DNA of 64,000 bases, taken from assembly GCA_040954595.2 (NCBI GenBank), contig CM082587.2, positions 3,604,275 through 3,668,274 on the forward strand, read 5' to 3'. Position 1 is the stretch's first letter. Each line of letters begins with the position of its first letter. Below, one piece after another: positions 25,985-40,284 of the stretch. The position numbers were made by a program, and so were the translations under genes. Under the pieces are notes generated by a model. The model was not told the origin of the DNA. It did no database searches and worked only from the letters and a program-made list of their open reading frames with translations. Source of the DNA: Balanoglossus misakiensis. Its lineage: Eukaryota > Animalia > Hemichordata.

Positions 25985-28900
25985 CGAAAGTAAAAAAATC
26001 TAGAATATCTTGTGGCGTCTATGAAAGGGGTCACGCTGTGTAGCCACGGGAAACATGTTGTTATAATTTTCTATCATTTTATTGAATGTCGGCGAATTCT
26101 TTCGTCGAACGTGGGTGGCTGGACAGAGGGACGCGACGTTTTTTTCTCTTCTTCAATTTGTTTCCTTTCTTTAGGAATATTTGTGGGGGAAACGTTTAAC
26201 AATGGCACAGTATGCGCCTGTAGGATAAACCGAATGCTGTTCAACACGAACTGGTCGTTTATACGCGTGGGATGTTTGAACACAGGATCCCCATGTTGAT
26301 CATTGTTTTCTCCACACTCAGTCGACACGAAGCACGAATTGTGGCGCCCCACATGTACATTGCAATTGATCAGCAAGTATGCTGAGGGCGCTCCGCTTAT
26401 ATTTTGGCATTTCCGCAGCCAAGTAGGCTTACTTATGTATTCAAATCAGGCATAGAGTGGGTGAACCCTGGGAGTTGACATTGGACCGTAGCGAATCTGC
26501 TTAGATAGTAAAAAATAACTGGGTCAAAAAGGTTATCGTTAAAAGCATTCATGTTTTCAAATTGATGCCATCGCGCGCAAAACTGGGTTGGACTCTTAGG
26601 GCTTTGAGAGAATCAATTAAATAATTAATTAAGTAATTGGTAATTATAAATACATGCATAAGTCCGCTTAATCGCAATTTGCATAACATTGTCAGCTGTG
26701 TGTGCAAACGTGAGCTGCAAAATGAAGCGAAAGAAACATTTATATATTTTCTACACATGATATCACAGCAAATCCGTGTCTCAAATCTGTGTCAAGGCCA
26801 CAACATATTCGAGGGAAATGACACCGGTAGATTTCATGAACTCGAAGGCGCTGTTGGGAATTTCCATCAAAATTCACAGCGCTATGATTGGTATAATGAA
26901 CACGCGGATTAAAAATGTTAAATTAAAGCACTCATTTCGAACATCCTGCTCAGTTTGCGAGATCCTGTTTACATCCGGGAAAGAGGCCGAGGGTTCAACA
27001 AAGAAACCAGAGCCCCGTAGGATTATTGACAAGACCAAGAGACCATGTGGACACTCATGTGCCATCTGGCAGTTTCGGTGAAATTGTCTGTTCTGGCGCC
27101 ACCATAAGTTTGATTTTGTGTATTGAGAACCTTTCGTTTATGCAAACATTGAATTTATTAGCTGGGGAGAATGGGATATGCATGAAAGACGATTGGACGA
27201 GGCAATTTGTTTCGCAGCGCCACAAACGATACCATATACTCCCATTCGGATGAATACAGCCTGCAGACACAGCTGTGACTCGGTCGCAGGCGGTCTAACA
27301 ATCTCGAACACGGAAGCTGGATTTTAGGCTAATCATCGCAGCTCCCGCATATTCTCACCTGCGTAAAGTCACAACCCGAAGCTCGGAATAATGTACCCCC
27401 CCCCCCGAAAAAAAAGCTTCAAATTGCGCCTCCTCAAATTACGCACGTTACAACGTATCATATCATAGCACACAGCACGACTGCTGTCCCCACTGGGGCA
27501 CCGCTCTCGTTCGCCGGTCAACCTACAGACATTACCGGCACACTCAGATTTAATGTCACAAAAAGGCTCTGATTAATGGACTTAATATGTTATCATTCCC
27601 AGGTCCCCGACCTTATTATAGACAGGAAATAATGGCAAACGCCCATAGTTAATACGAATCAAGTTGCCGCGCACTAATTATGCATCTCGTCGATTTTTTC
27701 ATCTTCAAATAATCATATTTTCCCTTACCGGAATAGATGAAACACAATTATACTTCGTGGCTACTTTGACGATCATATTTTATGTGTTAATGAAATAATT
27801 TAATATAAACATTAAATTAAGCCCATCTGATTACTGGTACTTAATTTGCTGTCATATTTATCAGGAAACGGGAAATGGAACTTCACTCCGATGATAAAAA
27901 TATCGCTTATGACGTATGAATTTTCTATATGCGGCTATAGTTTTGTGCTGCCAAGGGACAGTTGTCGCTCTCAGTCTGTCTAACAACATAACTATATTTG
28001 ACTTTCCGTCTAAAATTGTTTCTCGTCTGTGGCGATGTGATCTTTTACGTACAGCTACTTCCGCTACCATTATCGACTTCTGACAATGCGTCTGGGTGTA
28101 AATATTGTTATTTTCTCCGGAGAGACTGGGGCGACACGTGACGAGTACTGCACGTGAAGTAAGCATGAAGGGCGTTTGGACAGTGTTTTTTTGGAAGCAA
28201 GAGCCCGTGATTGATTAAAATAATCCTTATTTGCTTACACAGCAGAAAACACGTGACTTATAACCACGGTCAACGACCGTGGGCGAACCAACTATTACCT
28301 TTTAAATTCTCAGTGTAATGAGTTTAATTCCCTTTGTTTTCAGAGATTTTGTGCCATTGGCAAACGGATTTTTATTTAATCATTTAAAGCGCCACACTCT
28401 TTGTGAGCGACGTCGTACAGTTTTACGTCAGCTTTCGTATTCAGTCTCGGACGTCTCAAATTATCCTCCTTTCTCTTTAAACGGCAGTGGGGATGTACGC
28501 TTGAGAGAACAGCAGAAGAGCGAAATTAAAGCGAAGCCGAAATTGGCTTCATTTGGGAGAAACAGTCAAACGGCATGTAATATTGCGTGCAAGCCAAGCG
28601 CACTGAGTTTTTTTTTTATCTCACATCTCACATTGACGTATGTATACGTACGCGACGTTTATTTTGTGATTGGAATAGAAGAAATCCAGACTGATGTCTG
28701 TAGGGGATGTCACATGCCAATCTGGGAAGATCATGCTGACACAGGCCAATGATAATGTACTCACTGCGCAGGAATCCGATGCTGTAGCGGTTTTTTAGTA
28801 GTTTACACCGGATAGAAACAGCATTAAGTAAATGATAACTGCAGGCTTCTTGAAAGTAGTGCTTGCACAATGTCGTCAGCGAGTGTCCAATCAAAGACCC

Positions 28901-31900
28901 CGGGAAGATTTTAATGACGTCACGCCCTGAGAGCCACTTACGTGAAAACCATCCCGTAATTGACGAAGTCCATTGACTGATAATGCCAGTGTTTTTAAAG
29001 TTTGCAGCTTAAAGTGAGATCCGATATCGACAATTAAGTGAAAAAAACCTTCCTGGTTTCAGTAGACCGGAGACTTTGCACGAAATTTACTTCGCGAAGC
29101 CCATGAGATGATGACTGCGGCAGTTTCCACCCACCGCGCCGGTAATATTTTGTGATCTCCCATTTTTTGTCCCTTGGCCCACTGAAATGATTATCTGCAC
29201 ATTTCCTGGCTCAGTGCACAGAATCGTCGCCATTCTCAGGTGGCCGACTTCTCAATACACCGAATCCAGCTGCTAAACGCACACGACATCCTCTCAACAT
29301 ACAAATCGATAAGTTGCCCATACAGTGCAGTGCAGGCCTGTTACGTGTGCATTTTCCCTAAATTTTAATCTCCCGATAAAACTGGGAAAATGAAACTTCC
29401 GTTTTTCTCCTCCAGATACGGAGATATAATGTTACACTCTCGCTAAATTAACGTCATGCCTGTAGTTAATAATTCATCGATTACTGTGCGACTTGCACCG
29501 CTGACAATGTAATGACGTGGTACTGCGGCCTGGAATGCAAAACAGGTGGTCGTAATATCTGCGCATGTAATATGTACACACAATTTCAAACTCGGTTTAC
29601 ATACTAGTATATTCGCAATTTGTTCCCGACACCGGGAATTGTGATCGATAACTCTCCGTACGAAGACGTATTTCCCCTTTCCGTGACCCGGTGTCTGAAA
29701 AACCGTATATTTCCGCGTCTCCATGGCGACGCGTACTGGTGAGAGCTAACTGCTCAATAAATCGAAAGCGACCAAGACAGGGGGCCGTTGATTGGGTGTT
29801 GTTCTTGATTGACGCCAATGACGACGTGAACATTTATTTGCAATAAGACTATATATATATTCGATGAGATTCTGTGGCTCTGCGGTGATCATTGCACATG
29901 CATTTTTAGTAGTCATTATGAGGAATACCATAATATTTGCTATGATTTCACCTAAACTCCTTCACGACAGCTACGCGTAGGGCCTGCCTTATGCTTTAGT
30001 CTTCGATTTCGTTGAACCCACGGCTGGCGTCTACCGTGTTTTTAACTAAGAACGGAAACGTGAGAAATTGAGAAAAACTAATGCGTTCCGCGATAATCAT
30101 CAACTGCGCTTTTCCGACGAAAGGAAAATGGCGTCTGGGGTATTACGTCACTATTGAAACTCCCATCACGCAGGTGGCCTTCTGAACCCTGACCTCGGTG
30201 AACCCCAGCGTCGATGAAGTGAAATCGAGATATATATTGCATCATACATGCATACAGATTTTTGGCCCATGATGCATCTGTCTTAGCCTAGAATGTCATC
30301 ATGCTCGTCACGAATAAACTTTTAAGATCAATTATCAGATGTCATGCTCTAATAACTACTGAAATCAAAGATACGGATAACAAGAAAAACGCTTACACGG
30401 CATAGTCTAAGAAAATTAAAAAAAAAATAAACGGAAAGAAAAATCGAGAGTTGAAAATGTAGACGTGATTAAATATAGCTCTGCTGGCTTGTAGCTGAAT
30501 AGCGGGGATCAGAAGACGTCAGCTGTTATCGATTTTCCAGTGTATTGAGCCGAACAGACTCTCAGAGACGCAGTGGTGGGTTCCTTTCTGTATTCATCAT
30601 CGCTGCGACTGACAAATTCCAAAGTTCCAACAAAGAAGTAAGAGTAAAGTAGAATCTTGCGCGGGTGGCACGTGACCGACCATTAAAATTCAGCGAAAAG
30701 CTCATTTTGTCCTTGAAAAAAAAATCTACATTTCATTTTTTTTTCAAGGATGACCAAACATAAGTATCTGCATTTTTTTCATTGAATCCCTACCCTCGCT
30801 CATTACCCGCTCTCATCCAAGCAGCCCGCCAACTGGCAGATGAGCGCCCCTACCTATTTGTCATGCGCGTCAGGTTTGATGATGGGGGTCTGTTTAACTC
30901 CCTGATAAACCATTCATCTTCAGTCCTAATACCTGTCCATTTTCTACAGAAAGCCCATCTTGGAGATTGCTCTCAGACGCGCCTTATTTCTCGAAGGCAC
31001 AAACTGCCCGCTCGTCACATTCCTCTCGTAAACGAAGGCGGCATGCACAAACAGCACACTCGTCTATAGAATACGTAACGTGTCACATGATACAAGCAAC
31101 GATCTTGTATAAAATACGCTCTCGATTTTATTCTAGCTATTTGTAGGAGATTTTTAAACGAATGAGCACACAATGTGTCACTCTCACTCAAATTATGCAA
31201 ATTCGGAATATGCGAAACGGCACATCTTAGGTAGTGGTTTCATTCTTGCTATATACTGTTTTGGTGGAATGACCGCAGCACATACAATCAACCTTGAAAC
31301 AGGCAAACATGAGACCTGAACAGTCGATTGCAAAATTGATTTGCCCCGAAGGTCAGCAAAAAAGTACATGTATTTAACTTCTTTGACCGCATTGATGTAA
31401 TTGCATTTGCAGATGAACAGATGCAGTATTTCTTGTAATTAGATTTGGAAGGGTACTTTTCAAGATAGCTTGTGAGCTGCGAGACGAAGTGAATGAATCC
31501 CCATTGCATCGAGCAACTGAACTGTGTGCAGAAACAAATGTTAAGTGAAAATAGCCAGCCTTGCTGAGACTATGGCCAGCGGACGATTGTGACGCAACAA
31601 GCCAGGTGCAATTTTCCAGACTACAACATCCGATTGGATCACATGGAATTCGGTTGGCACCTTTCTGTGAGTGGATTATTCCATTTCACAGCTAAACTGT
31701 AACACTAATGAAACTGGTCTTCTGCGCCACAACAAACCAGTCCATTTAGGGAACATTAGTAAGGCCCTAATGATCGCGCACTTATTTCAATCAGGCACGT
31801 TTCCATGGTCACACACAAGCACCCGGCACACAAGGAAAACGTATTGTGTTGTGTATGAAGCCACTCAGTGATGTTGGCCTTGTCTGTATGCGCCGGGAAT

Positions 31901-32384
31901 CCTTGAAAGAGCGGGATGTGCTTGGGTGATACCGTTGCCCAGTTGTAAAAAATCATGTCTCATTTAGAATCCATAACTTTATTAAATGATGACAACTTTA
32001 TCAAAAAAATTATCAACGCCTGACACTTGGCTCCTCAAAGGTAACTACTGGCCTTGGTCCAACAAATATTTACGACATCATTTTTCACTCGGCTATGCAG
32101 TTAAATTCAATAGATTCTCGTCTGAAACGAGAAAATATTTCCAAAATTTATAATTGCATCTCGCTACAATAAAGACCTAATCAAATCACAACACTGTATA
32201 AGCTTTTAAATTTGCGATTGAAGTGATCCTAGATTTTGCTGATTACAAATCCTTTAGTCTGAATAGCGCAAGAGTATTTCCATCACTCCGGGAATATCCC
32301 AGTCACTGGTGAATGGTACGAACTGTGTCAACTCAGATGAAAATGATAGCATTGAATTTATACAAAGTACAATTTATACAAAAT

Positions 32385-32397
32385 GTTGCCTAGCAAC
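32385..32397. promoter_or_regulatory. RFX X-box-like palindrome (13-bp variant)
   Basis: GTTGCCTAGCAAC. Confidence 0.4.
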
Positions 32398-35300
32398 CAG
32401 GGTCTATCTTTATGGAATTTCAAATCAAGAATCGTTAAATGAGATGTCGCTGTTAGTCAGCGAATGACTCCATATGTATGTATACACCAGTTAACAAAAG
32501 GCGCGTTCAAACACATCACGACAGATTGGGAACGAGACAAATGATTTAGCAGGCACGAAATTTGTTTTGTCCGATAAAGGATTAAATCAGGATAGTATGG
32601 AATACAAAACGCTAGAGCAGTTATTTTATTTTTTGTCAATTTAAAATGAACTTAGCTGTAATACGATCGAGCATTTGTATTCGTCGTCGTGTACCTCGGC
32701 AAAACGCAGCGATATTATGGCTTATTATGTCTGGCATTTTACCGCAGCTATTCGGCTCTTGCCATCGTGGGACTATTTCCACAGCACATGTCAAGCAACA
32801 AATATCAGGGGAAATGCGTTTAAAATATACAATATATTAGCTGTCCGCGTTATAAATGATTGTCAAGATAATACAAGGGAATGAATGCATAACTCTGTAT
32901 GCTCATCGATACAGCAAAAATGTGGCGAGTTGTGTTGCCATGGCTTCGTTATCAAAATCTTTCGCCATTCATGATGATCGGCATGCAAACGTCATGAATT
33001 CGCAGATTGCGGGATAAAACCCCAGTCAAGTCACACCGGCGCCAGATGAGCAGCCACCGCTGGTGAAATGTTGGAGCCACGCGTACACTCGCGTGCGTGG
33101 TTAGAACGCATCATGTGCGTGATCGGTTCTGAGGCCGCGGGTGGACTCCAACATTGTACAGGCGATGGCCGCTCAACACGCACCCGGTATCCACCAGCAA
33201 GTCACTACAGTTCACTGGTCACGTGATTCAGTATGAATTCGGCATTCAATAATTGAATGAGTGAAATATATAGAAATTACTATATTATTAAGTCAACCTA
33301 CAGGGCTAACCGCCGAGTCAGTCATACATAGTTACACTAAATGTTCCACTATAAATAATTGTTTTACATGGTCTTATTCGTGAGCAGCGAATAAAGCGGG
33401 ACAAATAAATTCGAAAGCAAATTGCAGTTAACAACCTTTTTATTTGATTTTCAAGGACAGAGGTAAATCTGACATCGGCGCTTTTACGGATAGACTTAAT
33501 TTTCACTGAGAACGTGATTGCTAATTGAAACCTGGACCATGAGATATTTTCAGCGTCCTCCAAGTTTACCCGAATATCACAGAGAGCGAGCGATAGTGAT
33601 TAATTTCGTAAACACAAATGCGATTACACGCTGTATAAAAGAAGTTCGTGCACCATATGGGAGTGTCAGCGATGATAATTTGCATCATGGGAGCTTTGCA
33701 GCGACAACTGGCATTTAAAAGAGGGTTTATCTGCTGCTCAAACAGCTAGTTTCAAACATGCTTTTACGATCGTCCGCTGTCTTCGAGTCTGGCGTTCTGC
33801 GTGTCATGTTGGACCGCAGTCCTTCCCCGGCGATTAAACCCATTTCAAGGACAACGATATTAATGTGGATGGAAAGGCGCATGCGTACAAGTGGGTTGAA
33901 AACCGTGTAATGTCAAATTTTGCAGTAATATGTTCGTCTGCGAGGCCTTGTCGCTCCAGGAGCATAATTGTAGGTTGGACAGGAAAACGGCGTCGCTGGA
34001 GCTGTTCAAGAATTTCCTACATCAATGAACTTCCGTAAAGTTAAAAACACTTCTGACATTCAGTGCGAGAGATCTGTCACTTCGAAATGCACTGGAAAAT
34101 AATTATCTGACAAAAACATAATCTCGTCGTTACCCCTTTCCGTTCCTAGTGTACCTTGTCCGACAAAATTTTAATCCCCGAGTGATGTGCTGCAGAATGC
34201 ACAACACGGAGTTGCCATCACCCATAAATTAACTTTGGCGTAATAATACACCGAGGCTCAGTCGCCTTCTTAGACCGGCTTGACAGAATTTCTCCAGCTA
34301 ACTAAATAATCTCTGTCGTCGGGGGTGGAAATCGAGCGGACATCTACCTTTGAGTTCCTGCACGCATGAGTCAGTGCAGAGAAAAGACATCTGAAGATCT
34401 AGACAGCCCAGCTGAATCTCCATCGGGCTACTTAATGCAAAACGAGTACAAGTCCTCTGGCAATGTACTGCCAAGGCGCAGTTAAGCAAATAAGCTGAGA
34501 GAGTGTGGGCTGTGAAGTAGCTGATAAAATGACCCACATTTGTGCGACAAAGGCAGCAATTTAGTTTCGAACAAATACTCCCCGAGGGAGACGTGTCCTC
34601 CGCTGTCCCTTTTATCGACGAACTTAATCTTGTTTTTAGTGGGAGAGAACCATCTTTATTTCGATTCAGGTCCAAAATATGCACTTTACTATGCGTGGTG
34701 GGAGCCAGGTAAACTATCAACGGCGGTTTAAGGTGTTGAATCCACGCAGATTGAAGATAAGGCGAAAGAAGATGAAAGCGGACAATATCCAATTTTCACA
34801 GCTATTAACGAACCGAAGTTTTAGTGCTAACTCCATCGCATCGCCGAAGTAAATCAGTAGATTGGACTAAGATTATGGCTTTTAAGTAGTTTACCTCGCT
34901 GAGTTTTATGGATATTGTATGAACACTCGTTTGCCTTTTCTCATCTGGGTCTGAATTGCGCAGTCTCCGTTGTTTTCTCCTATGGCAACAATTTACCTGG
35001 AAAATGCTTTTCGTGTTTGGCTCATTCTCCGTGACGTGGGTAACACCTATCCCATTAATTGGTGGCAGGGCCGGTGCAAAGCTTATCTTTTAGTGTCTAG
35101 CAAGGCGACGGCTATATCGGCCACAGCTTGCCTGGATGGAAAAAATAAAACCACTGTGCCTTATTTGCTTTTATGATTTTCGAGGTTGTCTGCGAGCGCT
35201 CCGTCGTTTGATCAGTGCAATTTGCGTAACACTCAAACGGCAAACTCTTTCCTCTGTAATGGCAGGTGATTCCCACCCAGTCGACCCTTATAAACACCCA

Positions 35301-35709
35301 CTCAACGCATGTGTTGGTTGCTTGGCTGTTTGTATAGGTTATTTCAGTCCAAACATCCGATACGAGAGCGGAACTGCGGCATAAAAACCAAACCGCGTTA
35401 ATGTGTATTCTTCGATTACAGCAATGGGCACAAGATACAGATTTTAATGTCTGGGCAAGAAAATGATCGCGATATTAAGTATCGTACTCTTGTCGGAATG
35501 GGTACATGAATCAAACGGTCAGACAGAATTATAGTTTTTGGACCTGGCACGACTGTGTTATTGGATTAATACTAGTGTGTGGGTGTGTGTGACATTCCAA
35601 ACCGATGCTTTACAAGATCTTCAGATCGTTACTCATATGTGTGCACACATTTCCCAAGGAAAAGTAGATATTATGATATTTTTCTTGCTGGGGCAAGTAA
35701 AATTCCTAC

Positions 35710-35903
35710 CAGCATGTTCCCAGTGGCGGATCTGATCGAACTGCTCTCAGCGGCTCCTTCGCCCGCGGCGCCTTGCGTCTGTGCCTGGTGGTCTTGACCC
35801 TCCGCAGGGTGGTTGGCGATCGCTCGGGCTCCTCCTCGATCTCGTCCAAGTTGAAGAGCGAGCCGCCGAAGACATTCTTGTACCGCCGGAATATGCCCGT
35901 CAT
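35710..35903 (-). CDS. GARNL3: Candidate alternative first coding exon of GARNL3 (MTGIFRRYKNVFGGSLFNLDEIEEEPERSPTTLRRVKTTRHRRKAPRAKEPLRAVRSDPPLGTC)
   Basis: ATG at 35903 (aacATG; in-frame upstream ATG at 35978); 194 nt = 64 codons + TG; donor CTG|gtagga, phase 2. By hand count 50 of 64 codons end in G/C, far above the flanking composition. Confidence 0.65.
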
Positions 35904-38192
35904 GTTTCCCGGTACCTGCAGACCGCCGTGACACTGCTCTTGGCAAGAGGCGCAGGCGAATTTGGTGAAATCACACATGTACCGCTGTTGCCGTTCGGTT
36001 GGGAGAGCACAGGTATGTTGTTTGTCGCTCGTGCGGGGAGAGGCTGACGTGGGCACAGTTGAGTGAGCTCTTCAGCTCATCCACACCATCAAACGCGACC
36101 GGCGCTCAATGGGTAGAGTGCAGTTCAAAACTATAATGTATACGCCCCACGCAGAGAAGAACATCTACTGTTCACGCTCATTACCGTCCGGTATTCTGCG
36201 TAGCCGCACTTTTTTTGCGTCTGATGTGAAGTTGATGGGCACCCCGGGTAACTCCTGGGCGAGCGAATGATCTCCGAAATGGCAACTTACATCATATTTC
36301 GTGAGAACGATCTGCGCAATGGCGTTGTTGAAGCGAGCGACTGATGTACAGTGCCACTCAATAGATTCCGCCGTCAGAAGCTACGGAAAATGACATAAAT
36401 TGGCATTCGCTCGACGTCACTTGTGAACGCACGCTGGAAGCCTCACGAAAGCCTCGCGAACAAGACGGAATGACAAGCTAAACTGCATCCGCGGCCAGCG
36501 TATTTCCTTTCACACAGTTAACCTCTCACACGGGGGTCAAAGGTCACACAAACCGTGTAATGAATGCGGGGACTCGTTTCGAATTTATATTATTGAGGAT
36601 CGAGAGCAGACGACATTCCATACTTCATGATATCGAATGTTACTGCGAATTGGTTCTGTCGATGTTGTGAATATTTTATGATTTCTATAGTTTATCGAAT
36701 GCGCACTCGATTTATGTGGGTTAATGGCGGACACAATTACCAAGTGAGCATGGTCTTATTGAAAGACACTTATGCCGGGTTCGTCCAATGTATGCAATAA
36801 GATGTTCAAACATTACACAAATGAACACGGTTGTCTAAAGCCGAATATTCCAGAATTATTAATTATCATTCATAATGTATACTGAAGTCTGATGTGACAC
36901 CCCAGCACAGCAAACCACACGCCCTTCCGTTCAACCCTTTCGTTTCCGCACCATTTTATTTATGTCATGTGGACAATGAAATCCTCCGGTGTACCACACC
37001 GCGCTATTAATAAATATTTGGAGAGTTCTTCGCAAATTTGGCCTTCATCCGACCAACACACTTCCGTTGATGTTGCGCGCATAACACCAGAAGCGACACG
37101 GCGCATGTGTAAACCCAAACGCAGAGGTCATCATTATGATAGCTAGCTGTAACGTAATTAAAATTGCAGTTATAATAATGAGATAATTATTAGTATTGCC
37201 AGCAGCGTAGTTTGCATTGTTATTAAAGAAAATGGCCGCGGTGAATAATGAATGAGGTGATAACACAGAAGTCTGCTTTTCACAAATGATTAAATTGCCT
37301 AATATCATTTCATCTCAGTTACATTTTTATTTGCCGGGCTTTAGACTGCAACAACTGTATACAAATATAAATTATGTATTTGTGTTGATACTGTCTTCAT
37401 CAAAGGAGAGTTTAAAAACATGTGCAACATCTGTCCTGTTAGCCAGAGTTTACGGTCAAACCAACACGATCCGTAAATAGAAAACAATCCGCATATCACC
37501 ATGACGACCACGTCACTAAACACTGGGACACGTGGCAACGATGCGCCATCGTGTTAAAGGTTGGGTATCAACTTTTACAAAAATCGGTGAAAAAGCAGAA
37601 GGTGGTTTTTCTCTCTACTTCGAATAATGAGGTGACGTACATGCCATCCAGGGGGTGTAGATAAGAGCCGGTAAACAACCGGTCTCTTTGCTGTTCCTTC
37701 AAACCCTTTGCCACCCCCTCCCAACCCAACACGTAGGGTGAAGTTTTACCGACAACATAGCCACACCTGTGACTGGTACATCGCAAAATTCAAATTTGCG
37801 CCTAACTGTTTTCGAGACTTCGTAATTTTTAATTCCCCGGTCCCTCAGTTTTGCGGACCGTCAGTGTCCATACAGCAAACATTAATCCGAAGTCAATAAA
37901 AACTAACCACTGATTGCATATTGGATTAAATGAGTCGGGTAATCCGAAAAATAAACACAGAAATAAATGGCATGTGTTATAAAGTGCACATTATTTCCAT
38001 CAGAAATCCCTGTCTCGAGGGTCTGTGTTTCCATGCAGTCGAATCATAACCTACGTTGTCAACGTTTCTCTCGACCTCAGACGACTTGTCGAAGTGACAC
38101 GAGCTACTCATCTAACCCTTTTACCCAATCACACCGAAATACCTCCGCGTTATATGCTAAAATGGCCGTGTTTCTCATTATGGTTTTAAAGT

Positions 38193-38336
38193 CGTGAAGC
38201 TAGGGTAGCAATGACTGCTTAGCTCCACGAAGATTCATTTCTATGTTCGAGTGGCTTAGGCGTGCAGCTAGGGTAGCAACGACTCCTTAGCTCCACAAAG
38301 ATTCGTTGTTATGTGTGAATCTAGGGTAGCAATGAC
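38193..38336 (+). repeat. Diverged ~53-68-bp minisatellite, about 2.5 copies
   Basis: Core CTAGGGTAGCAA(T/C)GAC in units starting ~38193, 38261 and 38314; the first two share TTAGCTCCAC.AAGATTC. Confidence 0.8.
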
Positions 38337-38596
38337 CCCGTAAGGTTGACTTGTTACATGTCGGCGGCCTTCATAAATGTCACACCATCGAGGACACCCC
38401 ACGGAACGACGTGTTAAGTGCTACGCTTCTGGACCTGGAGTGGGTGGCCTTCGTCTATCTTGACAATTAAGTAATTGGTCACAAATGCGATATGTTTTAT
38501 ATAAAAGGGCCAGTCTACGAAACAGACACCTCCTGTTCGTCTACCCTCCTAGTGTTTTCCCCCAGGTGGTCTGCATGAGGTTTAATTGCCCCTTAC

Positions 38597-38829
38597 CAGA
38601 AGACTCTCACAATATGCACCAATGGCAACATTTTCTGATTGCTACATGCATTGAGAGCATTGTTTGAAGTGGTTATTTTCAACGGGGTGGGTGGAAGGGG
38701 CCAGGCCCCTACTGCAGACGGGTTCAGCGTTAAGGGTTTCAATTTCATGTCCTGCAAACAGAATACAAGTTGATTGAAAACTTGTGAATGAGTTGTAGTA
38801 AACTTTGTCTTGGCAACGCGGTCAGTCAT
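38597..38829 (-). CDS. Weak candidate alternative 5' exon of GARNL3 (...MKLKPLTLNPSAVGAWPLPPTPLKITTSNNALNACSNQKMLPLVHIVRVF)
   Basis: The 78-aa ORF's stop is embedded in a strong donor CTG|gtaagg, phase 2. An internal acceptor-like tgtttgcag| lies just before the ATG at 38748. Codon usage is unremarkable. Confidence 0.28.
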
Positions 38830-40270
38830 TTTTCCTGCCTCGCTTCACCACAGTTGCCAGCACGGCTATGTACGTAATTTCCGTCTGAGTTTCCGGTTTA
38901 TTGGAGACAGTCACGCGTCAGCTGGCTTCATGTGAGGCGTTTGAAACCGTCCTTTTTCTGGAAACCGTCCGTGACAATTCTAAAGGAAGCAACCTACACC
39001 ACATGCCCCGTGCACGTGACGCATCAACATCCAACCAGTGAAGGTCACTATGGTCGTCATGACGCTGGGACAGAAATGATGGCGATACGCATGTATACAT
39101 ATACATAGATATATACACGTGCAGGCGCGCGCACACGCGTGCCATTGAACGCCAGCCAAGCAGAGCGAATGAAAGAGAAAGACATAGATGTCATTTGTTT
39201 TCCACGCGTGTACTCCCCAAAGATATCTACCGTGAAAATAATCTACCACCATGACGTCACATTTATCGGAAATCAAACTTAAGCGTCGATTTGAAGTGCT
39301 TAGCCGTGGGTTTTATTTTAAAATAGAAACATCGTCGACCCTTCAAAATTGACGTGACCGTTGCCTTCTCTGTGAGCAGAGAAATAAAACCGAGAATGTT
39401 GCCGAGTAAACGTCTCGATTTTACAAGTTCACGAGGCGAGTTCGACTGCAGTGACCCAAATCGAGAAGACATCGCAGCTGTGACTTGAAAATTGGTACTT
39501 AATGGATCTCTGAAAAGTATCTCTTTGAAATTGACATTGTATGTTTCCTGATTTATAAGCAGATGGTGAAAAAGGAGGTCATTTGGCGAACTCAAGTTGA
39601 ATCATAGTTTTATCAGATTGGTCTTTTTTCAAGAATAGCATGTTACATCCTGAATGTCTCTCATTGCGCCAATGCAGCTCAAACCGTTTTCATTGTATAT
39701 CTACGGCCAACTCGTGCTCCACGACTATTTCGCGTGCAAAGCACTAAGAGTTATAACTGCTGACGTAAGCGGCCGCTATGACTAACGCGTTCTGATAAGC
39801 AAATGACAAGCGCTGCCGCTTCGGCTAGACAAAGCAACACCAGAGCAGCTGAAATATAACAGAGTCTATAAACAGAAAAGAAGAATATTTTTGTAATTGA
39901 CAACCAGGCATTAAGATCATACGGTAGGGTACATAAGGGCACCGTGTGATACGGTGGTTATCCAAATGAAGTGCATTAGCAAACACTGTGTGCCACAAGA
40001 GGTCAGGATGCATATGGAAAGACGAATTTTACTTTACACGTATGTTGTTATCGCCATGGATGACGTCAGACTACGTTTAGGACGGAATAGACTCCTATCG
40101 CACCATTACAGCCAATACAAAGTACTTTTTTGTCGTCTGAACATTTCAAATAATGCATGTTCGATCGGCAGGAGGGTTTGCAGACGAAAGCGAAAACTTG
40201 TTTTGCTTTTTTTTCTGGAACATTAGAGTTCGAAGCACAGACAGAGTACGGAGAAACATAAGTTATGGCA

Positions 40271-40284
40271 GTTTCCATGGTAAC
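40271..40284. promoter_or_regulatory. RFX X-box-like palindrome
   Basis: GTTTCCATGGTAAC, a near-perfect X-box. Confidence 0.4.

Noticed and set aside
33095-33150. tRNA/SINE-like TGGTTAGAACGC...GGTGGACTCC
   Set aside because: A and B boxes are poor and no cloverleaf forms.
34298-34792. Longest ORF (164 aa), and similar ones at 28318-28752, 59647-60081, 52836-53237 and 3093-3491
   Set aside because: No recognisable domains, codon bias or convincing splice sites; consistent with random intronic ORFs.
34997-35025. Short phase-2 candidate exon MSQTRKAFS (CAG|gtaaat); similar ones near 55360 (MT) and 21396 (MASVAKLYHP)
   Set aside because: Too short to distinguish from chance ATG/donor pairing.
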